Shown here: positions 24,142-32,000 of the stretch, one piece after another
How positions within the stretch are numbered: position 1 is the stretch's first letter
How the letters are laid out: every line of letters starts with the position of its first letter
Position numbers and translations under genes: made by a program
Notes under the pieces: model-generated
Databases searched by the model: none
Seen by the model: only the letters and a program-made list of their open reading frames with translations
What the model was told of the DNA's origin: nothing
Source of the DNA: Candidatus Saganbacteria bacterium
GTDB lineage: Bacteria > Margulisbacteria > WOR-1 > JAKLHX01
DNA length: 32,000 bases
Direction of reading: 5' to 3'
Assembly: GCA_026387835.1 (NCBI GenBank)
Contig: JAPLKZ010000004.1
Location: forward strand, 41,928 to 73,927

Positions 24142-24583
24142 AATACATAAGCAAAGATATTATCAGACCGAATATCAGGCCGGCAAGGACCTCGAGAGGC
24201 GTATGGCCCATGAACTCATGAAGTTTTTCACTGCTTATCCTGCCTGACTTGTAAAGGTCCTCGAGTATCCTGTTAAGTACTATCGACTGGGCACCGGTCG
24301 CGCGCCTCACTCCCACGGCGTCATACATCACTATGCAGGAAAAAGCCACTGAGATCGCGAACTGCGACGAGCACCAGCCGTTCCAGATGCCGACCGAGAC
24401 GGCGAGAGAAGTTGCCATGGCGGAGTGCGCTGAAGGCATCCCTCCGGATTCTAAAAAATGGCGCCATTCAAGTTTTTTGTCGATCATATAGTAGTAGACG
24501 ATCTTGAACGCCTGGCCAAGGAACATGGCCAGAAGCGAGGACATCAGAGGATAGTTCTTCAGTATCTCAAAAAGCACCTTCAT
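24116..24583 (-). CDS. divergent PAP2 family protein (DUF212, acid phosphatase/vanadium haloperoxidase-related, YuiD-like)
   Basis: 155 aa with 4-5 hydrophobic helices. GGMPSAHSA...MYDA.GVRR..G......L....GHTP.EV..G is typical of DUF212. Its 3' end overlaps the dxs start by 26 nt. Confidence 0.8.
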   Translation of the reverse strand: MKVLFEILKNYPLMSSLLAMFLGQAFKIVYYYMIDKKLEWRHFLESGGMPSAHSAMATSLAVSVGIWNGWCSSQFAISVAFSCIVMYDAVGVRRATGAQSIVLNRILEDLYKSGRISSEKLHEFMGHTPLEVLAGLIFGLIISLLMYFGVYSFVA

Positions 24584-24589
24584 GATGAT

Positions 24590-25486
24590 TTAATTGTTCC
24601 TTTCCGCTGCAAATTTTGCCATTTCCCTCAACGGGTCGGCCGACTTATCGAACTTTTTCAGTGCCTTTAGCGCTGATTCTTTTTCTTTCAGGAGCATTTC
24701 CATGGAGGCCTCAAGTCCGAAGACCGAAGGGAACGTGATCTTCTCCTTCTTTTTGTCGGACATTGAAGGTTTTCCGGTCTCCTGAGGGTCTCCGCTCACA
24801 TCAAGTATATCATCTTTTATCTGGAATGCCATTCCGGTGTGATAGGCATATTTTTTCAGGCATTCTATCTGCCATTTTTTTGCACCGGCCACTTTTGCTC
24901 CCGCATAACAGCTTGCCATCAGGAGTTCCGCGGTCTTTTTTCTGTGGATCTCAAGCAGCCATTCTTTGCCGGGCACGGCACCTTCGCTGATAAGGTCCAG
25001 TGATTGCCCTCCCGTCATGCCGGCGCATCCCGCAGCTTTTGAAATAACGCCGATAATACCGGAAAATTTCTTTACGGCAATATTGACGCTGTACGGAAGC
25101 TTAGCAAGCACTTCGAACGCCCTGATCAAAAGCGCGTCCCCGGCCAGGATCGCCGTCGCCTCGCCGAATTTCTTATGGCAGGAAGGAAGACCTCTTCTAA
25201 GATCGTCATCATCCATCGAAGGGAGATCGTCGTGGACAAGGGAAAAAGCATGTATCATCTCGATGGCGCACGCGGTCGTCATGACGTCCTCTTCTTTTCC
25301 TCCGACAGCCGAGGCGCTGGCAAGCACCAGTATCGGCCTGAAACGCTTTCCCGAAGAGAGAACGCTGTACCTCATGGCCTGTGACAGGACAGAATCATCA
25401 TCCGGAAGCAGATGTTCAAGGCTTTTGTCGATCACCTGTTTTTTGTCGTTCAGATATGCTTTTATATCAAAGAAGAATTCTGTCAT
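24590..25486 (-). CDS. ispA: polyprenyl diphosphate synthase (farnesyl/geranylgeranyl diphosphate synthase, IspA-type)
   Basis: 298 aa. The first Asp-rich motif is [17 protein letters not shown] and the second is FQIKDDILD. Confidence 0.9.
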   Translation of the reverse strand: MTEFFFDIKAYLNDKKQVIDKSLEHLLPDDDSVLSQAMRYSVLSSGKRFRPILVLASASAVGGKEEDVMTTACAIEMIHAFSLVHDDLPSMDDDDLRRGLPSCHKKFGEATAILAGDALLIRAFEVLAKLPYSVNIAVKKFSGIIGVISKAAGCAGMTGGQSLDLISEGAVPGKEWLLEIHRKKTAELLMASCYAGAKVAGAKKWQIECLKKYAYHTGMAFQIKDDILDVSGDPQETGKPSMSDKKKEKITFPSVFGLEASMEMLLKEKESALKALKKFDKSADPLREMAKFAAERNN

Positions 25487-26256
25487 CTGACCGCCACTCC
25501 ATTTTTTGACAGATACTGCTTTATATCCTTGATCCTCAACTGCCCGTAATGCAGCAGAGAAGCGAGCAGAGCGGCATCAGCCCTGCCATCGGTCAAAATA
25601 TCATTGATGTGCTCAAGCGTTCCCGCCCCGCCGGATGCTATCACCGGGATGTTCACGCTTTCAGATACTGCCCTTGTCAGTTCTATATCATATCCGATCT
25701 TTGTCCCATCCCTGTCCATGCTGGTCAGAAGTATCTCGCCAGCCCCAAACTTTTCCGCCTTTTTTGCCCATTCTACGGCATCTATACCGGTCGGCGTCCT
25801 TCCGCCGTGCGTGTACACTTCCCATTTCTTTATGTCTTTCGGTCTGCTGCTAGTGACATGTTTCGCGTCGATAGCGATCACGATACACTGCGAGCCGAAC
25901 CTCGCTGCCGAAGCGGTGATCAATCCGGGATCGTTCACTGCCGCAGTATTTATCGATACTTTGTCGGCACCTGAAGACAGTATCTCTCTTATAGCGTCCA
26001 GATCGCTTATCCCGCCGCCCACCGTGAACGGGATGAACACTTCTTCGGCCACCCTCCTTACAACATCGATCATCACGCCTCTTTTTTCATGAGATGCCGT
26101 GATGTCAAGGAAACACAGTTCGTCCGCGCCTTCTTTGTCGTAAACTTTAGCGAGCGAGACGGGGTCCCCTGCATCGGCAAGGTTCACAAAATTGATGCCT
26201 TTCACCACGCGCCCCTCTTTTACATCAAGGCAGGGGATTATTCTTTTTGCAAGCAT
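25483..26256 (-). CDS. hisF: imidazole glycerol phosphate synthase cyclase subunit
   Basis: 257 aa. [19 protein letters not shown], ...PFTVGGGI... and ...ASGGAG... are typical of HisF. Confidence 0.95.
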   Translation of the reverse strand: MLAKRIIPCLDVKEGRVVKGINFVNLADAGDPVSLAKVYDKEGADELCFLDITASHEKRGVMIDVVRRVAEEVFIPFTVGGGISDLDAIREILSSGADKVSINTAAVNDPGLITASAARFGSQCIVIAIDAKHVTSSRPKDIKKWEVYTHGGRTPTGIDAVEWAKKAEKFGAGEILLTSMDRDGTKIGYDIELTRAVSESVNIPVIASGGAGTLEHINDILTDGRADAALLASLLHYGQLRIKDIKQYLSKNGVAVR

Positions 26257-26964
26257 TTAACTTTTTCCTTTTGACATCATTTTTGATACGGTCACGAACT
26301 CGTAACCTTTTGCCCTCAGGCTTTCGATTATCAACGGGAGCGCCCTGATCGTCTCCTCGCTGCCGTTATGGAAAAGGATGATATCCCCGTTACCCGCTTT
26401 CGCTATCACGCTGTCAGCGAGTTTTCTTCCGGTCTTTTCGTAATCCTCGTCGAGATCAAAATCGCGGGTCATCTTCACGAAGTCGCCGGCGTTGACGGAC
26501 CAGTTTACCTGCCGCAAGCCGCATTTCGACGCGACAGATCTCGTCCTGAAAACAAAATCACCTCCCGGAGGCCTGAAAAGTCCGGGATATTTACCGGTTA
26601 TGTCAAATATCACGGTATTCGTCTTTGTCAGTTCTTTCTTCAGGGCTTCTTCGGGCATGACGGAAATATTCCTATGAGTGTATGTGTGATTTCCTATCTC
26701 GTGGCCTTCGTCGTTCATCCTCATTATTATGTCGGGAAAATCCTTTGCTTCTTTGCCGACGACAAAGAAAGTGGCTTTGACCGTGTATCTTGTCAGGATG
26801 TCCAGCACTTTCTGGGAATATTCCGGCTTGGGCCCGTCATCAAAGGTCAATGCGATCTCTTTTTTATCCGCGGGGCCTTTCCAGATGACTTTTTGCATTA
26901 TAAAAGCCGGCGCATGCTGTGAAAAAATTATCAGCAGTAATAGTATCAGGTATTTTTTTACCAC
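26257..26964 (-). CDS. polysaccharide deacetylase (NodB homology domain) family protein, secreted
   Basis: 235 aa. Signal-like N-terminus KKYLILLLLIIFSQHAPA. ALTFDDGP, ATFFVVG, GNHTYTH and LFRPPGG motifs are present. GTG start. Confidence 0.85.
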   Translation of the reverse strand: MVKKYLILLLLIIFSQHAPAFIMQKVIWKGPADKKEIALTFDDGPKPEYSQKVLDILTRYTVKATFFVVGKEAKDFPDIIMRMNDEGHEIGNHTYTHRNISVMPEEALKKELTKTNTVIFDITGKYPGLFRPPGGDFVFRTRSVASKCGLRQVNWSVNAGDFVKMTRDFDLDEDYEKTGRKLADSVIAKAGNGDIILFHNGSEETIRALPLIIESLRAKGYEFVTVSKMMSKGKS

Positions 26965-27491
26965 AGGCGTCCTTCCGCATTCAACAGTAATCTCTTGTTG
27001 TCCATTCCGTATGAAAACCCGCCGAAGTCCTTCTTGCCCACGACCCTGTGACAGGGTATTACTACCGGAAGCCTGTTCCTTGAAAGCGCCTGGCCCACGG
27101 CCCTTGAGAAATTTGTATCGCCGATAAGGCGCGCTACCCAGCTGTACGAGCGCGTTTGTCCCCTCGGGATAGTCGCCGTTACCGCGAACACTTTTTTGTC
27201 AAAATCCGAGAAACCTTCAAGATCAAGACGATAATTGAACCTGACTCTTTTCTTTGCGAAATACCTTTTTAATTTTTTTTTGAGCCCGCCAAACGAAGCG
27301 GAATATTTCCTTATTTTTTTGAATGTCTTTTTGACCGTTTCTATCAGCTCGGACGGCGTTTTTTTGGGGAGTATTATGGAATACAATCCTTTATATGTCC
27401 TGATAGCGGCCATATACCCCGCGGGCATTTTAAATATCGCGTATGTGAATGTCTTTCGCTGAGTTACTCCCATATCCTGTAATTTTATCAT
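26958..27491 (-). CDS. ogt: methylated-DNA--protein-cysteine methyltransferase
   Basis: 177 aa. The C-terminal domain has ...IPRGQTRSYSWVA...AVGQAL..N...VVIPCHRVV (PCHR active site). Confidence 0.85.
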   Translation of the reverse strand: MIKLQDMGVTQRKTFTYAIFKMPAGYMAAIRTYKGLYSIILPKKTPSELIETVKKTFKKIRKYSASFGGLKKKLKRYFAKKRVRFNYRLDLEGFSDFDKKVFAVTATIPRGQTRSYSWVARLIGDTNFSRAVGQALSRNRLPVVIPCHRVVGKKDFGGFSYGMDNKRLLLNAEGRLW

Positions 27492-29263
27492 GGAAATCGA
27501 GTATCCGGCCCGGTCCTGCTGACCCTGTTATCCAGATACCATTTCAATATGTCGTGCGCTATCCTGGCGGTCACCTGATCGCCGTGCATCCCGTGCTCGA
27601 CGAACGCTGCTATCGCTATTTGCGGTTCGTTATAAGGCGCGTAGCAGACGAACCAGGCGTGCGGAGGTTTTCTCGGGTTCTCGGCTGTCCCGGTCTTCCC
27701 TGCAGCTTCAAAAGTGATTATCCTTGCCGCCCTTCCGGTGCCTCTTGACACGACATCATGCAGAGCTGACCTTACAAGGACAAGGTTTTTTTGCGAGACA
27801 GGCACATCCCCGATCCGTTTTGGTTTATATAAATATATTTCTTCACCTTCCCTGTCTCTGATGTCGGTCACCAGATGCGGTTCAAATCGTGCGATGCCGT
27901 TGGCTATAGACGCGTATACATTCACCATCTGCAAAGGCGTCACCCATAAAAATCCCTGGCCGATGCCGTAGTTTATCGAATCTCCGGGATACCATGGTTC
28001 CTTATAGACCCTCTTTTTCCAAGCCGAGTCAGGGACCACTCCTTTTGCTTCCGACGGCAGATCTATCCCCGTGCGTTCCCCGAGACCGAACCCTTTTGCG
28101 AGATCGGCGAGCCGGTCCGGCCCGGCCCGGAGTCCCATATTGTAAAATACGATGTCGCATGACTGCACTAAGCCTTCCATAAGCGTCAGGGTCCCGTGCC
28201 CCTTTGTCTTCCAGCACTTTGCCGTGCGCTGGCCGAGCTTGAAATATCCCGGACAGAAGAATGTCTCTCCCGGTTTTGCCAGCGCTCTTTCAAGGACCGC
28301 AGAGATAGTTATCGCCTTAAAGATAGATCCAGGCGGATAAACGCTCAGGGCCCTGTTCAAGAACGGATGGTTCCCTCCGGACAGCTGTTTCCAGGTCGAG
28401 GGGGATATGGGACCGGAAAAGATATTAGGATCATAGCTCGGATGCGAAACGAGAGCAAGAACATCGCCGTTTGAAGGATCAAGGACCACCACGGCGCCGT
28501 TACTTGAACCGAGTGCTTTTTCAGCGGTTTTCTGAAGATCGAGATCTATTGTCAGTTTCAGGTTCTTTCCCGGTACGGACTCCTGCGCGTCTTTCATCTG
28601 CCCCGATGACCCGAATATATTTATGCTCGCCCTTTCGCCGCCGTTTGAGCCCCTCAGGTACGCGTCGTATATCTTTTCTATTCCCGCTTTCCCGATAAGG
28701 TCGCCGGAGCCGAGCAGCTTTCCGGAGTCCTTTTCTATATCAAGAGCGGTCACCTCGCCTATATAACCCAGCACGTGCGCCGCGATACTCTTGTTCGGAT
28801 AGACCCTGACGGGCCGCACGCTAACCACTACCCCTTCAAGGCCCGACCGTTCTTCTTCTATCCTTGTCACGGCATCGATAGGCGTGTTCTCCTTTATTAT
28901 GACGGGGTCAAAAGGCCGCGCCTTTTTTTCGTTCAATCTTTTCTCTATCTCTTCGGCCTGCATTGAAAGAAGCGCCGCCAGTTTTTTTATCAGATACTGC
29001 CTGTTCTTTGTCTCGCTCTGAAGCACATATACCGAAAAGACCGGTTTATTGCCGACAAGAAGCTTTCCGTACCTGTCATAGATCACGCCGCGCGGGGCGA
29101 TGACGGGCATCGTGCGGGCTGCGTTTATTTGTGCAAGCCGCCTGTAAGACGCGCTGTCTATCACCTGTACCTGCCACAGCCGCACTACTATTGCGGCCAG
29201 CGCCAGGCCGAGCACCGCACCGATCATAAGCGCCTGGCTTTTCATTTCCTTTATTTCATTCAT
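27488..29263 (-). CDS. mrdA: penicillin-binding protein 2 (elongasome transpeptidase)
   Basis: 591 aa. N-terminal membrane anchor, PBP dimerisation domain, and a transpeptidase domain with GSIFK (SxxK) and GKTGTAE (KTG). It sits in mreBCD context. Confidence 0.9.
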   Translation of the reverse strand: MNEIKEMKSQALMIGAVLGLALAAIVVRLWQVQVIDSASYRRLAQINAARTMPVIAPRGVIYDRYGKLLVGNKPVFSVYVLQSETKNRQYLIKKLAALLSMQAEEIEKRLNEKKARPFDPVIIKENTPIDAVTRIEEERSGLEGVVVSVRPVRVYPNKSIAAHVLGYIGEVTALDIEKDSGKLLGSGDLIGKAGIEKIYDAYLRGSNGGERASINIFGSSGQMKDAQESVPGKNLKLTIDLDLQKTAEKALGSSNGAVVVLDPSNGDVLALVSHPSYDPNIFSGPISPSTWKQLSGGNHPFLNRALSVYPPGSIFKAITISAVLERALAKPGETFFCPGYFKLGQRTAKCWKTKGHGTLTLMEGLVQSCDIVFYNMGLRAGPDRLADLAKGFGLGERTGIDLPSEAKGVVPDSAWKKRVYKEPWYPGDSINYGIGQGFLWVTPLQMVNVYASIANGIARFEPHLVTDIRDREGEEIYLYKPKRIGDVPVSQKNLVLVRSALHDVVSRGTGRAARIITFEAAGKTGTAENPRKPPHAWFVCYAPYNEPQIAIAAFVEHGMHGDQVTARIAHDILKWYLDNRVSRTGPDTRFP

Positions 29264-29726
29264 TTTTACCTATTTTTGCGAGTGACATCTTCATCAGAGG
29301 TACGAATGCCGTGTTAAGCAATGCTGAAATGACCGCCGTTGTCCAAAACCCCGGATTGTTCCTGCCAAAAAATTGAGAGAGCAGAAGTGCTTCCGCAAGA
29401 AAAGTGATCAGGCTGCCCAAAAAGACGACCGCAAATATCACGGTATCTTCATCCCTGAACACGCTTTCCCTTGCGAGACCGCACAGGTAACCGGCCAGCG
29501 GATATGTGACCGTAAAGAACAGGATATTCGCCGCGGAAATATCCATAAGAAAACCTGAAAGAAGCCCTGCAAAAAAACCTTCGACCGTTCCCTTCATAAG
29601 ACCCCAGATGATGACCAGCGCCAGAAGCGGGCAAAAATAGGCGCCGAATAGCCTGATATGGGTCAATACAACGGTCTGCAGGACAAAGATGACAAGGATG
29701 AAAAGGAAAAGTCTGATTATTCGCAT
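29256..29726 (-). CDS. mreD: rod shape-determining protein MreD
   Basis: 156 aa and polytopic. Its position after mreC is consistent with MreD. It overlaps the PBP2 gene by 8 nt. Confidence 0.8.
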   Translation of the reverse strand: MRIIRLFLFILVIFVLQTVVLTHIRLFGAYFCPLLALVIIWGLMKGTVEGFFAGLLSGFLMDISAANILFFTVTYPLAGYLCGLARESVFRDEDTVIFAVVFLGSLITFLAEALLLSQFFGRNNPGFWTTAVISALLNTAFVPLMKMSLAKIGKNE

Positions 29727-29730
29727 CGCT

Positions 29731-30543
29731 TTATCTTAGGATAAAGATCTTTTCTAAGTTTGAAAAATCGACAGCCGTGTCGATCATCACCTGTTGAAAA
29801 AGATCATAATCCTTTTTGCCTGTGCTTGAGACGCGCCCGACTATCAGCCCTTTAGGGAATACGGACGAATTGCCGGATGTGACCACCTCGTCGTTCACTC
29901 TTACATCCGCCGCTGAATCGATGTACCTGATCCTCATCTTTCCTTCCCCGAGCCCTGAAGCGGAGCCAATATTTCCGGTCCTTTTTATCGCGACCGAGAT
30001 GCCGCATCCGGGATCGGTGATCAGCATTATCCTGGAAGAATACTTGTCCGCTTCGATGACGCGGCCGACCAGGCCGCTTTCATTTATTACCGCCTTTTCC
30101 GCATGCACGCCGTCAGCCGTCCCTTTGTCCGCGGTCACGACCTCAAACCAGCTGCTGGCGCTTCTTGAGACCACCTCGGCAGCGAGCAGGCTCATCACAA
30201 AGGGGTCTTTTCTTTTGAAATTCAAAAGTCCGCGCATCTGCCTGTTCTCGCCGATCACGGATTCCAGCAGGCTGTTGACCGCCTTTTCCTGAGAGAGCCT
30301 TTCTCTCAGTCTTTCATTCTCTTTCTGGGCGCCGCGCAATGCGGCCACCGATCCGAGGGAATATTTAGCCCCGGAAACGATCTTGTACGCGGCAAACTGG
30401 AACGGATAGGTAATAAAAGAAATGAAGCTCTTTGTGAACCTTACCGGCGGGATCTCTCTTAAAATTGGTATATTGACTATGACTATCAGTGCGATGACCA
30501 ACACCGATGCTTTAAGAAAATTGTTCCTTGAGCCGTTTCGCAT
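29731..30543 (-). CDS. mreC: rod shape-determining protein MreC
   Basis: 270 aa. N-terminal anchor, coiled-coil LRGAQKENERLRERLSQEKA, and C-terminal beta domains with ...VVTSG....FPKGL.VG.V. Confidence 0.85.
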   Translation of the reverse strand: MRNGSRNNFLKASVLVIALIVIVNIPILREIPPVRFTKSFISFITYPFQFAAYKIVSGAKYSLGSVAALRGAQKENERLRERLSQEKAVNSLLESVIGENRQMRGLLNFKRKDPFVMSLLAAEVVSRSASSWFEVVTADKGTADGVHAEKAVINESGLVGRVIEADKYSSRIMLITDPGCGISVAIKRTGNIGSASGLGEGKMRIRYIDSAADVRVNDEVVTSGNSSVFPKGLIVGRVSSTGKKDYDLFQQVMIDTAVDFSNLEKIFILR

Positions 30544-30561
30544 AGATAATGGCCGCCCGGA

Positions 30562-31608
30562 CTACTGCCAGGATTTCTTGTTGGTGATGAGCATCTTCTT
30601 GAGAGTATCTATCTCTTCAAGTACTTTTCCCGTGCCATAAGCGACACAGGAAAGCGGATCATCGACAACGTACACTGACATATCGGTCTCCTGGCTCAGG
30701 TGTTTATCTAAACCGCGAAGTAGCGACCCGCCTCCCGCCATTACTATGCCCCTGTCCATAATATCCGCGGCAAGTTCCGGCGGTGTCTTTTCAAGTGTCA
30801 TCCGAACAGCGTCAACTACCGTTGCTACAGGTTCGGCAAGCGCATCCCTGATCTCGGCCGATGTGAGCGTTATCGTTTTTGGCAGGCCGGACACAAGGTC
30901 CCTGCCTCTGACCTCGACGGTCCTCTCCTCGCCCAGAGGATAAGCCGATCCGATGTCGATCTTTATCTGCTCCGCGGTCCTTTCCCCGATCAGAAGGTTA
31001 TAATTTTTCCTGCAGTGAGCTACTATGGCTTCGTCCATTTCGTCTCCCGCCACGCGGATCGATTTTGAGACCACGATACCTCCGAGAGCCAGGACCGCGA
31101 CTTCAGTCGTGCCGCCCCCGATATCAACGATCATCGAACCTACCGGTTCCGACACGGGAAGCGAGGCGCCTATAGCCGCAGCCATCGGCTCTTCTATAAG
31201 GTACGCTTCTCTTGCGCCCGCGTGCATCGCCGCGTCGATCACTGCCCGCTTTTCCACCCCTGTTATCCCCGAAGGCACACCTATGACTATCCTCGGCCTT
31301 ACAAAAGCTGTCCTGTTATGGCTTTTTGTTATAAAATGCCTCATCATCATCTCTGTGACCTCGAAATCCGCGATGACCCCGTCCCTTAAAGGTCTTACCG
31401 CGATGATATTTGCCGGCGTCCTGCCGAGCATACCTTTTGCTTCGTTGCCGATCGCAAGGACTTTCCCTGTATCCTTATTTATTGCTACCACGGACGGCTC
31501 GCAGAGTATTATGCCCTCGCCTTTCGCGAACACAAGCGTCGTCGCCGTCCCGAGGTCTATCCCCAGGTCCCTTGAAAAATGTCCGAACACGTAATCGTAT
31601 ATCCCCAC
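30562..31608 (-). CDS. mreB: rod shape-determining protein MreB
   Basis: 348 aa. [23 protein letters not shown] and [11 protein letters not shown] are present. GTG start with AAGGAG 7 nt upstream. Confidence 0.95.
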   Translation of the reverse strand: MGIYDYVFGHFSRDLGIDLGTATTLVFAKGEGIILCEPSVVAINKDTGKVLAIGNEAKGMLGRTPANIIAVRPLRDGVIADFEVTEMMMRHFITKSHNRTAFVRPRIVIGVPSGITGVEKRAVIDAAMHAGAREAYLIEEPMAAAIGASLPVSEPVGSMIVDIGGGTTEVAVLALGGIVVSKSIRVAGDEMDEAIVAHCRKNYNLLIGERTAEQIKIDIGSAYPLGEERTVEVRGRDLVSGLPKTITLTSAEIRDALAEPVATVVDAVRMTLEKTPPELAADIMDRGIVMAGGGSLLRGLDKHLSQETDMSVYVVDDPLSCVAYGTGKVLEEIDTLKKMLITNKKSWQ

Positions 31609-31623
31609 TTTCTTTCTCCTTTC

Positions 31624-32000
31624 TTATTCTCCGTCAGATATTTTTCCGTCGAAACCTTTCGCCTTTAGGTCTTTCACGAGTTTTTCAGCGTTCTCTTTTG
31701 ATTTGAAAGCTCCCGCCTGTATCGAGAATTTCCCGCCCCCGATATCGTGGGCGAATATCTCTTCAAAACCTTTCGCATTGAGGTCTTTTATGATCTTCAC
31801 GGCTTTTTCCTTTGAGGGCGCCACGGCTGCCTGGACTTTAAAAAGGCTGTCCGGCAGTTCTTTTTTAAGCGCCTCTTTTGCTTTTTTAGTCGCTTTTACG
31901 GCCTTCTTTTCCGGAAAGAACGGGTTCTTTTTTATCAATACCTTTTCCGCCGGTTTTTCCTCGGGAGGCAGCGCCCACGATTTCGGTTCTTCTTTTTCCG
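31624..32000 (-). CDS. SPOR domain protein (5' end probably outside the window)
   Basis: The C-terminal ~70 aa (FKVQAAVAPSKEKAVKIIKDLNAKGFE......FSIQAGAFKSKENAEKLVKDLKAKGF) form a SPOR-type repeat. The reading frame stays open upstream of the track's TTG (31938) to the window edge. Confidence 0.7.
   Translation of the reverse strand, partial: EKEEPKSWALPPEEKPAEKVLIKKNPFFPEKKAVKATKKAKEALKKELPDSLFKVQAAVAPSKEKAVKIIKDLNAKGFEEIFAHDIGGGKFSIQAGAFKSKENAEKLVKDLKAKGFDGKISDGE

Overview
This is a gene-dense bacterial chromosomal window. It looks like a streamlined genome: many start/stop overlaps, very short intergenic regions, and TTG/GTG starts preceded by AAGGAG-type Shine-Dalgarno (SD) sites. About 40 genes are supportable, and most are housekeeping.

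Plus strand, left part:
- leuA
- a translationally coupled DUF502 / cation:proton antiporter / small membrane protein trio

Three long minus-strand gene trains:
- accC-nusB-ribE-ribBA-ribH-(orphan sugar-type ABC ATPase)-gcvPB-lipoate ligase-radical SAM
- fhs-folE-GHL10-dprA, then a PRC/MgtE_N/CBS protein and an NRAMP transporter
- SPOR-mreB-mreC-mreD-PBP2-ogt-polysaccharide deacetylase-hisF-ispA-DUF212-dxs

I recognised no rRNA, tRNA, CRISPR array, transposase or integrase.

Most interesting observations:
1. A soluble MgtE-type cytosolic sensor module (PRC + MgtE_N + CBS pair, with no membrane domain) lies directly upstream of an NRAMP-fold transporter. The transporter's metal-site motifs are non-canonical (DAGG instead of DPGN; GTTLTVW instead of GAxxMPH). 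This suggests a two-gene, Mg2+-type uptake and gating system.
2. An AT-rich RelE-type toxin-antitoxin cassette sits in front of leuA and is bracketed by a diverged second copy of the leuA 5' end. The mismatches are almost all synonymous. This looks like the footprint of foreign DNA integrating at leuA.
3. A self-contained unit (consensus promoter, strong SD, terminator) encodes a 52-aa basic protein.
4. A divergent, insertion-bearing NagB/Pgl-superfamily protein is the only sizeable plus-strand gene in about 27 kb.
5. A perfect heptanucleotide tandem repeat lies inside dxs.

All calls rest on reading the sequence and the ORF track by eye. No searches were run.
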